Assembly (NCBI GenBank): GCA_950097015.1
Contig: CATNEN010000039.1
Span: 10,726,001 to 10,790,000, forward strand
DNA from: Macrostomum hystrix
Lineage: Eukaryota > Animalia > Platyhelminthes
DNA: 64,000 nt
Reading direction: 5' to 3'
The notes below the pieces were generated by a model, which saw only the letters and a program-made list of their open reading frames with translations, ran no database searches and was not told the DNA's origin. Of the stretch, positions 24,101-35,211 are shown in pieces (position 1 is the first letter of the stretch; each line of letters opens with the position of its first letter). The position numbers and the translations under genes were made by a program.

Positions 24101-25717
24101 GTTCGCCTCGGTCTCGCTTCGTTGCACCGTCGGCGTTTGGCGGACAGATTAATCTTGGAACGATTTTTGGGGAGGGTAAAAACTAGCAATTTGTGATCAT
24201 TTAAATTTTAAATCCCAGCGAAGATCTGAAAACCCATAATAACCTGAAATCCTAAATTTAAAAGTGTAAATAAAGCAATAAGTCTGAAATCCCATTCCGA
24301 ATCAACCGTAGACCACAGAAAGCCAGCATGGAGTCCCAGATGCCCCAGAGTACCTAGTGCCGCCGGCCAACGTTGCACTGAAGAACGGGCATCGGGCCAT
24401 CGCGCGAGAAGCCAGCCTGAGCTGCGGGAGGCGGCCGCCGGCCAGCAGAACCGAAGCGGCGGCTGTTGCGGCGGCGGCAGCGGCCGCGTTGGCCGCCTCA
24501 TCGTCGCCGGGCATCCCGTGAGAGGCTGCGGCAGCCGCGCCAAGCGACAGCAACAGATGACTGCCGGAGTCCATGCCGCCGCTGATTCCGCAGAGGCTGC
24601 CGATGGCCGCCTTATCGGTGTCGCCTTCTAGCGCCGACTTGCCGGCGCTGACTTCGTCGATGCGAGAGTCCACCCGGCGAAGACATTCGGCAACCAGCTC
24701 CTGGATTGGTGTTTTAAGGAATAGAATTTAGAGATTTAATTTCTTAGGGTTAACGGTATGAGTAACTTTACACTTAGTTTTAAGCGAAAATGCCTCATCA
24801 TCTAAATCAGGGGTCAGCAAACTCCGGCCCGCGGGCCAGATGCGGCCCTCGAAGCTCCCAAATCCGGCCCGTTGCCCATTCCGACATCTACAGTATCCTG
24901 TCTCGTCTCTCCCCTGTAATATCTCTCCCCTGTCTCATCGCTCCCCTGTCCCCTGAGTCCTTTCTCTCCCGTGTCTCGTCTATCCCGTGTCTCATCTCTC
25001 CCGTGTCTCATCAATCCCGTGTCTCATCTCTCCCGTGTCTTATCTCTCCCGTGTCTCATCTCTCCCGTGTCTCATCTCTCCCCTGTCTCATCTCTCCCCT
25101 GTCTCAACTCTCCCGCGTCTTATCTCTCCCGTGTCTCATCTCTCCCCTGTCTCAACTCTCCCGCGTCTCATCTCTCCCGTGTCTCATCTCTCCCGTGTCT
25201 TATCTCTCCCGTGTCTCATCTCTCTCCCGTGTCTCATCTCTCCCGTGTCTCAACTCTCCCGCGTCTTATCTCTCCTGTGTCTCATCTCTCCCATGTCTCA
25301 TCTCTTTCCCGTGTCTCATATCTACATTGTCTCATATTTTTACAGTCAATGCGGCCCGCTGTCGTCTTTTAGGTTCTCTATTTGGTCCGCTAGCTAATAA
25401 GTTTGCCGACCCCTGATCAAAATAGTAAAACAATATATGTACATGGCCAAGAACGATAAATTTACCTGGAGAGTCTGGTTCACAACAAGTACAGTTTCTG
25501 CATCACGAGGGATTTCGCCTTCCTCAGCATTGCGCAATGCTATAAGTAGGCTGGAGGCTTTGAAGTCAACCTCGTCTGTTTCATCGCAATATTCAATGGC
25601 TTCATCTGTGTTATTTTGATATGTTTCAAGAGTGGCTGCAGCTTCATGGGCAGTGGTATTTGGGCCTGCTGCAGCCTCAAGTTTGGCTAGAACCGATGGG
25701 TGTTGAATGTTGTTATC
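18184..25717 (-). CDS. SNAPC4: snRNA-activating protein complex subunit 4 (SNAP190), Myb-repeat protein of at least 1278 aa; start codon uncertain
   Basis: Exons 25717-25466, 24700-24354, 24153-23629, 22414-22147, 21711-21500, 21426-20943, 20656-20315, 19590-18184, all GT-AG and in phase (3837 nt). N-terminal IPRDAETVLVVNQTLQELVAECL and PFF...PPNAD resemble conserved SNAP190 blocks. Successive Myb repeats: PGVNSSSWTSEEDARLL..NWGAVS, DWSECERLRLALAVERHG..VGTRTELACR, AWTYAEDRRL..FPGRTASSLVYRW. Confidence 0.82.
19612..20255. repeat. 16-bp minisatellite AACAGGTAAACTGTCT filling the last SNAPC4 intron
   Basis: About 38-40 tandem units visible. Confidence 0.96.
21905..22100. repeat. 31-bp tandem repeat CACAGGCAGTACCTATATCACAGGTGGATTT (about 6 copies), SNAPC4 intron
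   Basis: Visible tandem units. Confidence 0.9.
22465..23626. repeat. 19-25-bp minisatellite GAGTGACACTCGGGCAGGATG filling a SNAPC4 intron
   Basis: Visible array. It explains several His/Pro/Cys-rich spurious ORFs. Confidence 0.96.
24808..25415. mobile_element. Non-autonomous hAT (Charlie/MER58-like) MITE carrying an internal minisatellite
   Basis: TIRs CAGGGGTCAGCAAACT / AGTTTGCCGACCCCTG, subterminal GGCCCGCGGGCC..GCGGCCC motifs, and an 8-bp TSD atctaaat / atcaaaat (7/8 match). Confidence 0.88.
24895..25335. repeat. 16-bp minisatellite ATCTCTCCCGTGTCTC inside the hAT MITE
   Basis: Reverse complement of the unit at 9397-9904, more diverged here. Confidence 0.92.
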
Positions 25718-28232
25718 CTGCAAAATAATGGTAAATAGGTTTATGTTGTGTTGGGATTTCATAACATAAGTAATGCTTTTGTAACAAAATTTGGATAGTT
25801 TAGCGAGTATATGTAATTTGCTTTACATGTCATGTTAAATGTTACACAAAATGTTTTGCAATTTAATATAAAATAAAAATAAACTGCCTCATTAGCACAG
25901 TTAACACAAATATATAATGTGATGGCACATCAATATAAAATGTGTAATGCTACCATGTAATGTAAAAATATTGATATGAATACAAATTTTAAAAAATGTT
26001 TAACATAGCTACTCAGAAAACAGTCCAGTTTCATAGAATAGTAGCTAGTCTTGTAGAAAGTGTAAAGACTTATGTAAGAGTCATTTCTTTATTTTTAGTT
26101 TTCAATATATTCATAGATCTAATAAAATATCTAGAAAATCCATAAAACCTAGATTAGCTAGCTACCTTGCATAGCTGAAACCTGTAACTTGAAGACTAGC
26201 TATTGCCCATTGTGTATTTCACCATTAGTTTATACCAGAAGTAAAATAAATCTAGGAAGTGCACCTCAAAAAAAAACTAAATCCTAAGTTTAATGCATCA
26301 ACTTATGTTTCACTTATGTGCAAACAGTTCTCTATTCAAACCAAATCCACCTAAGACGTTTGTAATTCAAGCGCTATATATATGTGGAGAGTCTTCCATG
26401 CCTTTGATGCGAGACGTCAATAAACCGGAGACCGGAGTTATTGCACATGCAGTATGCAGTATGCACATATATGTCTAACATAATCAAGGAGGCCATCAAT
26501 CTAATCTTGCTTGCTAATAAGCGGGCATTATTACCATGCTAACATCACTTCGTTGACGTTATTGACACGGTCCATACATGCACAACACCTGGCCGACCCA
26601 GCCGAACCAGGTGAAACAAGGGCCAAGCAAGGTAAGTCGCAAAAACCAATCGAACAAGTGCAAAAAAATCAAAGGGGGGGACCAAGGGACAAAAAATGAA
26701 GGCGTGAAGAAAAGGAAAAAGGGGAGAGAAAATTAGAGCAAACTAAGTCGTAAATAGAACAATGAAACGAACTAAGTCGCAGATGAGAGCAAACTATGTC
26801 GTAAATAGAGCAAAAACTAAGTCGCACGGCCGGCTTAGATTTAGGAGGTTGCGCATGTATGACACGGTCAATAAGCATGTCAATAAGCATCGCGTAATCG
26901 GGCAGAAATCCTAAATTGATTATGATTCGACGATAAGGAGCAACAAAGCTTTTAAGTAGTTTGTATTGAGGCCACGATTTTAGTCATAGGCTTACTTTGA
27001 GTATTAAATAGTATAGCTAGACAAAAGGATTTTGTAAAAAAACAAATAAGGATAAATAGGAGCATTGAATTTGTGGTTCTTGATTAGAGCTCACTCACAA
27101 GTAAGCAAGCAAAGCCCCGTGTAAATGCGATAAAGTAAATTTGGTATTTATTCTTGGAAACTAGCGTGGTCTAAATGTTTACAAAAAAGCAGTCCGTGAA
27201 GAAACAAAACTAGTATATTGAAATGAGGCTGTAGTACAGAAGGATGTACTTTTTAGAAATTAGGTAATAACAACTATTTTTGTACCTACCAAAAAAGTTT
27301 TTTTGCATATGCTATTATGTACCTGGCGATCGTGGCACATATTTAGACTCCGCACATTACATGAAACTTTTCGACAACGTCAATATACTTTTTACTTGAC
27401 AAAGCATAACATTGATCTCGTGAAACAGTTTTGTAAAATGTCATGCGATATAAAAATGTGTATGTTCATTTCCTGCTATGACTATAGGACTGGAGAGAAT
27501 CCGTACACTGTTGTGCTGCTTATTCAGCTTGTACAGAGGGTCGTTATAACGTAAATCACTTGTCAATAAATAAGTTTGTTGAATTAGCAACTGTCACAGA
27601 TTTTTGTTGCCGCTTAGTTTTTGTACGATTTGTTTAAGTTTCCTGATAGAAGAATTCGATCCCTGTTCTGATATATTATGGGCATTAAAAGTGTGTCTAA
27701 AACAAAAATATAATTTCTTTTAGTTTAAAGGAAAAAATATTTTTTCCCTCTAAAAGTCTATTTATCCTTTTATAACTAAATATTTTTGATGTTATATTTA
27801 CTTTTGGTATGTTAGAAAAGAAAATTCTTATAGATTATTGGATGTAAAAAGATGTAATCTTTCTTCCCATCTTTGCGTTTGTCTCTCTACTTTTTGAGAT
27901 TTTTGAGGCTCTTAGAATATTATTAGTTGACAAATATCAAGAAATGAGTTAGGTTTTATTCAAATTAACTTTAAAACTGCCATTTATTCTCTGTGACTAA
28001 AGCAAATGATTAGACACATACTTCAAGCTTTTTAAAGAGATTCACTAAAAATAATAAACAAAAGCATACTACAGCTTACTAAAATCCTTAAAATTTTAGT
28101 TTGAGTTGTGAGTAAAAGAGTCAATAAATTCCTAGAATAATGCAATTTAAGTGCAAGGTCAGCAGAGTGAAGACTTATAAATTAAATAGTACTATATCTT
28201 AATTAGTGCATTGGCCAGAGTTGAGAGGTGCA

Positions 28233-30557
28233 TCAAGCATTGTACCAATCCAGCTGCATCATGTCATATGACCACTGGTTGACTCGCATAATGTCGCCAA
28301 GTAGGCGGCACAGATGACCATAATCTGGCTCGTCCATGTAGCGCAGGTTTAATGTGTAGTCTAAGAACTGTACCTGAAAAATAATTTGGGATGGAGAAAT
28401 GTTAAATAAGCCCTGTTCGGACACAGTTTTAACAAGGTTTAATGCTTTAAAGACAGGATCAAACTGGTTACGAGTAAAAAATGAAACAGAAAACTGGCTC
28501 AACTCACTAGCTGATGACACAGGTCCTTGCGCAACTCCATCGACTTGGGCCCGGCAGTGTATTCGTTCTTAATCTGGCGCACAGCTTCGTCTAGGCTGAG
28601 GCCCATCTCCTTGTACTTTAGCCCCTGCCAGGGCAAGTGGCCCTTCACAAAGTAGATAAGTATGTAAGCTAGCGAGATAAGATCGTCCCGTCGAGACAGT
28701 GAAATTTTATTGTGAGCATTCAGGCTGCAGTAGCGCGGAGTGCCAACTAGGCTGCGCTCCTTCAGCATTGGATTGTGCTGGCCGTTCGGCATGCGGTAGG
28801 TGATGGCCAGACCGAAGTCAATGATGTGCAGCGTGTTAGCCGTCTTACCAACTCCCATCAGAAAATTGTCCGGCTTTATGTCTCTTGATGAGTAATATTT
28901 GATAGGCGGGTGTCTCTTTGTCTTTGTTCTCAAAATATATCAGTAGACCTGAACAACTGCTCTTCCCGCTCATTATTCAGGACCTCTCTCTTCTTTCCTT
29001 GTTTCTTCAGGACAGCTTTTCAACCCTAAATCCTCAGGACCGCCTCCCCCCTGAATTGTCAGGACCGCTCTCCCCCCTGATTCTTGAGGACCGCTCTCCC
29101 CCCTGATTCTTGAGGACCGCTCTTCCCCCTGATTCTTGAGGACCGCTCTTCCCCCTGATTCTTGATGACCGCTCTCCCCCCTGATTCTTGAGGACCGCTC
29201 TTCCCCCTGATTCTTGATGACCGTTCTTCCCCCTGATTCTTTAGGACCGCTCTTCCCCCTGATTCTTGAGGACCGCTCTTCCCCTGATTCTTGAGGACCG
29301 CTCTTCCCCCTGATTCTTGATGACCGCTCTTCCCCCTGATTCTTGATGACCGCTCTTCCCCCTGATTCTTGATGACCGCTCTTCCCCCTGATTCTTGATG
29401 ACCGCTCTTCCCCCCAGATTCTTGATGACCGCTCTTCCCCCTGATTCTTGATGACCGCTCTTCCCCCCAGATTCTTGATGACCGCTCTTCCCCCTGATTC
29501 TTGAGGACCGCTCTTCCCCCTGATTCTTGAGGACCGCTCTTCCCCCTGATTCTTGAGGACCGCTCTCCCCCTGATTCTTGAGGACCGCTCTTCCCCTGAT
29601 TCTTGAGGACCGCTCTTCCCCCTGATTCTTGATGACCGCTCTTCCCCCTGATTCTTGATGACCGCTCTTCCCCCTGATTCTTGATGACCGCTCTTCCCCC
29701 CTGATTCTTGATGACCGCTCTTCCCCCCTGATTCTTGATGACCGCTCTTCCCCCCTGATTCTTGATGACCGCTCTTCCCCCTGATTCTTGAGGACCGCTC
29801 TCCCCCCTGATTCTTGATGACCGCTCTCCCCCCTGATTCTTGAGGACCGCTCTTCCCCTGATTCTTGAGGACCGCTCTTCCCCTGATTCTTGAGGACCGC
29901 TCTCCCCCCTGATTCTTGATGACCGCTCTTCCCCCCTGATTCTTGATGACCGCTCTCCCCCCTGATTCTTGATGACCGCTCTTCCCCCTGATTCTTGAGG
30001 ACCGCTCTTCCCCCTGATTCTTGATGACCGCTGTTCCCCCTGAGTCTTTAGGACCGCTCTTCCCCTTACCTGTGCAGGCACAGCTGTGCGTGTAGCGCCC
30101 TCAACCTGACAATCATCTGCAGGCCTAATATGCAGGTGGTTCGCAGGCAGAATCTGCCGCCGCAGTAGGACTTCAACTCTTCCAGATCGGGTCCCAGCAG
30201 GTCCATGACTAGCAGAGTGTAGGTGCTCAGCTTGGTGTAAAAGTGCACAGTGGGTATGCCCGTGACGCTGCGTAGCTTGAGCAGGTAGCCCTTCTCGCGG
30301 GACAGTGTACGCTCTTTGCCGTGGCTGTGAGTCTCGCGTTTAACGGCCACTGACTGGGACTCGCATTTGATGTCGACGGCGCGATAGACGTCGCCGAATG
30401 TGCCAGAGCCGAGGCGTTCAACAATTCGCCAGCGGTCGTTGACGAGCTCACGAACCATGTTGTTCGGATGCTGCTGCTGCTTCTGCTGTTGCTGCTGTTG
30501 CTGTTGTTGCTTTTGCTGCTGCTGAGGATCATTAAGACTGTCTACAATAGCCGCCAT
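28233..30557 (-). CDS. Casein kinase 1-family Ser/Thr kinase, about 334 aa, 3 exons
   Basis: Exons 30557-30070, 28883-28508, 28373-28233 (1005 nt, in phase). Motifs LGSGTFG, VAVKRE, LLGPDLEEL, HRDIKPDN, IIDFGLA, GTPRYCSLNAH, SRRDDL, LPWQGL, PDY. Confidence 0.92.
29030..30066. repeat. About 25-27-bp minisatellite CCCCTGATTCTTGAKGACCGCTCTT filling CK1 intron 1
   Basis: Visible array that starts at the splice donor. Confidence 0.96.
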
Positions 30558-31029
30558 TTCGACTTTGTTAATGTAAAAATAATTGCCCCGCTGAAGACTA
30601 GGATCTGCTAGACTGTCTTCTTGTTTTTGCGCGGCTTGCTGAATTTCTTTCTAATCAAGCTTTCCACGAAAAGCAAAAGAAAGAAAGCCTAAATTGGTAT
30701 CTACAAGTTCAGAGTGCCTAAGAGCGTAAATGCCAATATAAATAAAATTGAACTCTTAGCTTGGTCTTGGCAACTCAAAGCGACAAATCTTCCTGCTCTT
30801 AAACTAGCAGCTGTTAGTGGCCGTCGAGATCTAGCTCTCAGTCTTTGTGTTTAGAATTTTCGTTTGATTAGTTTATGGGACAAAGGGCGAAAGAGCGGAA
30901 ATGATGGATAGCTGCACTTTTGTAGTAAGAAATCGAACACTACTAAAATTATCTGCTTTATTATTTTTTCTACACTTTATAAGAACAATTAGTGTATGTC
31001 CCTGCTAACCCACCAACTAACTAACCCAC

Positions 31030-31255
31030 CAAATTCGATTGGCTAGGAGGGATTGAGGGTTGTAGCTATTTTTAGAAAAGGTCACTTTTCAACTAACTTT
31101 TAACTAGCCCCCTCAAATTCCGATTGGTTAGGAGGGATTGAGGGTTGTAGCTATTTTTAGAAAAGGTCACTTTTCAACTAACTTTTAACTAGCCCCCTCA
31201 AATTCCGATTGGTTAGGAGGGATTGAGGGTTGTAGCTATTTTTAGAAAAGGTCCC
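31030..31255. repeat. 85-bp unit repeated about 2.6 times, each with ATTGG (CCAAT box), between divergent genes
   Basis: gattgg at 31037, 31122 and 31207. Confidence 0.9.
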
Positions 31256-31454
31256 ACAGGGTTGGCTTTTTTAACCCTTAATCCAATCAACAAGACTTCC
31301 ATTTCTCGAACGCTTGAAAGTCCTTAATGACACTATTCATTTGAAAGTTCACTTGGGCAAGATTGTCACGTGACTTTTTGACTAATTGCCTCGTACCCAA
31401 TTACTTGCAGGCACGTGTCTGCGAGAATTTCGAATCAACATTATCAGAAACATA

Positions 31455-33146
31455 ATGGGTGGCCAGTTCACCAAACTGCCGCCTACGCCGCCGGACCTTG
31501 ATGGTCGCTACTTCTGCCTGACCTTTCGCGCGCCCGATCGCATCAGCCTGATTGCCTGCACAGAGGAGACCCTGGCCCTGACACGCGAAGCCATCCAAGA
31601 AAGCTACAAGCCAGGCGTTAGACTAGAGTTCGACGACCACGGCTCCTGGAGCATTGTGCTGGTTGGCAGTCCGTTTAAGATCGGCTCCAGCCGCGGTGAG
31701 GCCATCGCCGGCAAGCTGGCCGCCGTCGCGGTGCTACGCCGGCTACTGAGCCGAGGCTGGCGCGCCGTCGTCAGCTCGGATCTGTGCCGCTCCAACGACC
31801 TCGGCACCTGGTTTTTTGCGCGCAACGATGCGTCAAATGCTGAAGACGAGAGACGCTGCGCCGTCTGCTGCCTGGCTTTGTCTAGCTGCGACCGGCTGCT
31901 GCTGATCGACTTTCCCGCTGGCCTGACGACGCGAATTGTTGAATGCGTGCGACGCGAGTGGAGCTGCGGCATCCAGCGAGGTCCGAGAAGCGTCGCCGGT
32001 GGGCGCGCAGTTGAGCTCAAACTGCACGGAAATCCTTGGTTAGTTGTTGAGGGAGACGCTTATGTTTCTAAGCGACCGTTCACTGATCCCCGAGCACAGC
32101 TCACACTGATCATTGAGCACAGCTCACACTGATCCCTGAGCACAGCTCACACTGATCCCTGAGCACAGCTCACACTGAGCCCTGAGCACAGCTCACACTG
32201 ATCATTCAGCACAGCTCACACTGATCCATGAGCACAGCTCACACTGATCCCTGAGCACAGCTCACACTGATCCCTGAGCACAGCTCACACTGATCCCTGA
32301 GCACAGCTCACACTGATCCCTGAGCACAGCTCACACTGATCATTGAGCTCAGCTCACACTGATCTCTGAGCACAGCTCACACGGATCTCTGAGCACAGCT
32401 CACACTGATCCCTGAGCACAGCTCACACTGATCCCTGAGCACAGCTCACACTGATCCCTAAGCACAGCTCACACTGATTATAAGAGCAATTCATTGCTGA
32501 TCCCTAAGCACAGTTTACAGTGATCCCTAAGCACAGTTTACAGTGATCCCTAAGCACAGTTTACAGTGATCCCTAAGCACAGTTTACAGTGATCCCTAAG
32601 CACAGTTTACAGTGATCCCTAAGCACAGTTTACAGTGATCCCTAAGCACAGTTTACAGTGATCCCTAAGCTCAGTTTACAGTGATCCATAAGCAAAGTTC
32701 ACTGATTCCTGAGCACAATTCAGTTTAATCCTGAGCACCCTATCATTAACATTGTTCCTCCAGGCTCGCCTCCGAGCAAGAAGCTGTCGAAGCCCGTCAA
32801 ATGCTGCTGGCCATTGTGCGCGAGATGCACACCTTCGGCTGTCGGCTCTACCTGTCTAGCAGTCTGAAGGACACCACCGACAGCCTGTTCTTCCTGTGTC
32901 CTCGCCGGTTGAAGCGACCCGCCGAGTTGTCCACCGAGCTATTCGTCCTCAGCCTGAATCGACGGGACCGACTGAGGCTCATGGGCACCTCCGACCAGAA
33001 CGAGGCTGAGGAACGCGACGGCGAGCGGTTGATGGAGGTCCTTAGAGACTCCGTCCTCAGTCACTGGCCAGCAGGTGAGCTGCTCCGTAGGATTTGAGAC
33101 TGAGACTGAGACTGAAACTGAGACTGAGACTGAAATTGAGGATGAG

Positions 33147-33188
<42 letters not shown>

Positions 33189-35210
33189 AGACTGAAACTG
33201 AGACTGAGACTGAAATTGAGGATGAGACTGAGAGAGAGAGAGAGACTGAGACTGAAACTGAGACTGAGAAAAAGAGAGACTGAGACTGAGAGAGATTGAG
33301 ACTGAGAGACAAAGACTGGGACTGAAATCTAGGTCGCAAAATTCGCAGGCCTTCGTCGCGAACGCGATTGGTTCGGCGCCCGCGAGCTGCGATTGGCCGG
33401 GTCACCCTGGTGGACGGAAGGCCCGGACTCGGTGCAGAGCCGCCTGCTGATAACCCTGCTGTTGCAGCGGCTCCGCCTGATTGGCTGGCGAGTCCTGGAA
33501 ACTGTCGACGTCTGTCGCCGACTCAGCGACAAGTCCATTCTGCTGTTCGAGAGGGCGCCGCCAGCAGCCGTTCTGCACTGCTGCCTGTCACTGAATGGCA
33601 CTTCGCTGCTGCGCTTCATCAATGCGCCGGAGGAGGTCGTGACTGCCATGCGCGACGTTGTAGCAAAGAATTATGCACCCGGCGTCAAAGATGAGAAACT
33701 CTACGCCGGATATCATCAGGTTGGTTGCCCTAGTCTCATGCTTGATCTAGTCTCATGCTCGATCTAGTCTCATGCTCGATCTAGTCTCATGCTTAATCTA
33801 GTCTCATGCTTAATCTAGTCTCATGCTCGACCTAGTCTCATGCTCGATCTAGTCTCATGCTCGATCTAGTCTCATGCTTAATCTAGTCTCATGCTTAATC
33901 TAGTCTCCTGCTCGATCTAGTCTAATGCTCAATCTAGTCTCATGCTTGATCTAGTCTCATGCTCGATCTAGTCTCATGCTTAATCTAGTCTCATGCTTAA
34001 TCTAGTCTCATGCTCGACCTAGTCTCATGCTCGATCTAGTCTCATGCTCGATCTAGTCTCATGCTTGATCTAGTCTCATGCTCGATCTAGTCTCATGCTC
34101 GATCTAGTCTAATGCTCAATCTAGTCTCATGCTTGATCTAGTCTCATGCTCGATCTAGTCTCATGCTTAATCTAGTCTCATGCTTAATCTAGTCTCATGC
34201 TTAATCTAGTCTCATGCTCGATCTAGTATCATGCTTGATCTAGTCTCATGCTCGATCTAGTCTCATGCTCGATCTAGTCTCATGCTCGATCTAGTCTCAT
34301 GCTCGATCTAGTCTCATGCTCGATCTAGTCTCATGCTCGATCTAGTCTCATGCTCGATCTAGTCTCATGCTCGATCTAGTCTCATGCTCGATCTAGACTC
34401 ATTCTCGATCTAGTCTCATGCTTAATCTAGTCTCATGCTCGATCTAGTCTCATGCTTAATCTAGTCTCATGCTTAATCTAGTCTCATGCTTAATCTAGTC
34501 TCATGCTTAATCTAGTCTCATGCTTAATCTAGCCTCATGCTTAATCTAGTCTCATGATCGATCTAGTCTCATGCTCGATCTAGTCTCATGCTTAATCTAG
34601 TCTCATGCTTAATCTAGTCTCATGCTTAATCTAGTCTTATGCTCGATCTAGTCTCATGCTCGATCTAGTCTCATGCTTAATCTAGTCTTATGCTCGATCT
34701 AGTCTCATGCTCGATCTAGTCTCATGCTTAATCTAGTCTCATGCTTAATCTAGTCTCATGCTTAATCTAGTCTCATGCTCGATCTAGTCTCATGCTCGAT
34801 CTAGTCTCATGCTTAATCTAGTCTCATGCTCAATCTAGTCTCATGCTCGATCTAGTCTCATGCTTAATCTAGTCTCATGATCGATCTAGTCTCATGCTCG
34901 ATCTAGTCTCATAGTTTCATCTCGTTTCCCGCGAATGATCCCATCCGCATTGAATGCCTTCCCAATTGAGATTCGGCTCCGTGGCCAGCCGTGGACTGCA
35001 TTCCGAGGCAACGATCACATGCACGGCCGCCACCTGATGCTGGCGATGCTGTGCGCAATGCGGCGCAGGTTGGGCTGGTCGCTGCTGTGCTCAGCGGATG
35101 TGTCGGCAAAGTATCATCACTCGGACAGCGGGCAAGACTATCCGCTGGATGTTCACAGCTGGTGGTTCACCGCACCGACTGCCGACAGCTTTCCTGATTG
35201 CAGGGCTTGA
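31455..35210 (+). CDS. Uncharacterised protein of about 501 aa built from four approximately 105-aa repeats; possible N-myristoylation site
   Basis: Exons 31455-32038, 32764-33074, 33349-33719, 34971-35210 (1506 nt, in phase; the last acceptor is GAG). Four repeats of CL(S/T)L..DR(L/I).LI...(W/Y)..G...L.G.P(W/F)...GW....S.D....FF. N-terminus MGGQFT. Confidence 0.82.
32080..32740. repeat. 23-bp minisatellite CACAGCTCACACTGATCCCTGAG, with a variant block CACAGTTTACAGTGATCCCTAAG
   Basis: Visible intronic array. Confidence 0.95.
33095..33327. repeat. Compound microsatellite (GAGACT)n/(GA)n
   Basis: Visible intronic array. Confidence 0.95.
33730..34912. repeat. 17-bp minisatellite CTAGTCTCATGCTYRAT
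   Basis: Visible intronic array of about 69 units. Confidence 0.97.
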
Positions 35211-35211
35211 A

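Noticed and set aside
26293-27554. Short ORFs between SNAPC4 and CK1, and in 58905-62829
   Set aside because: AT-rich, no recognisable motifs, and composition unlike the true exons.
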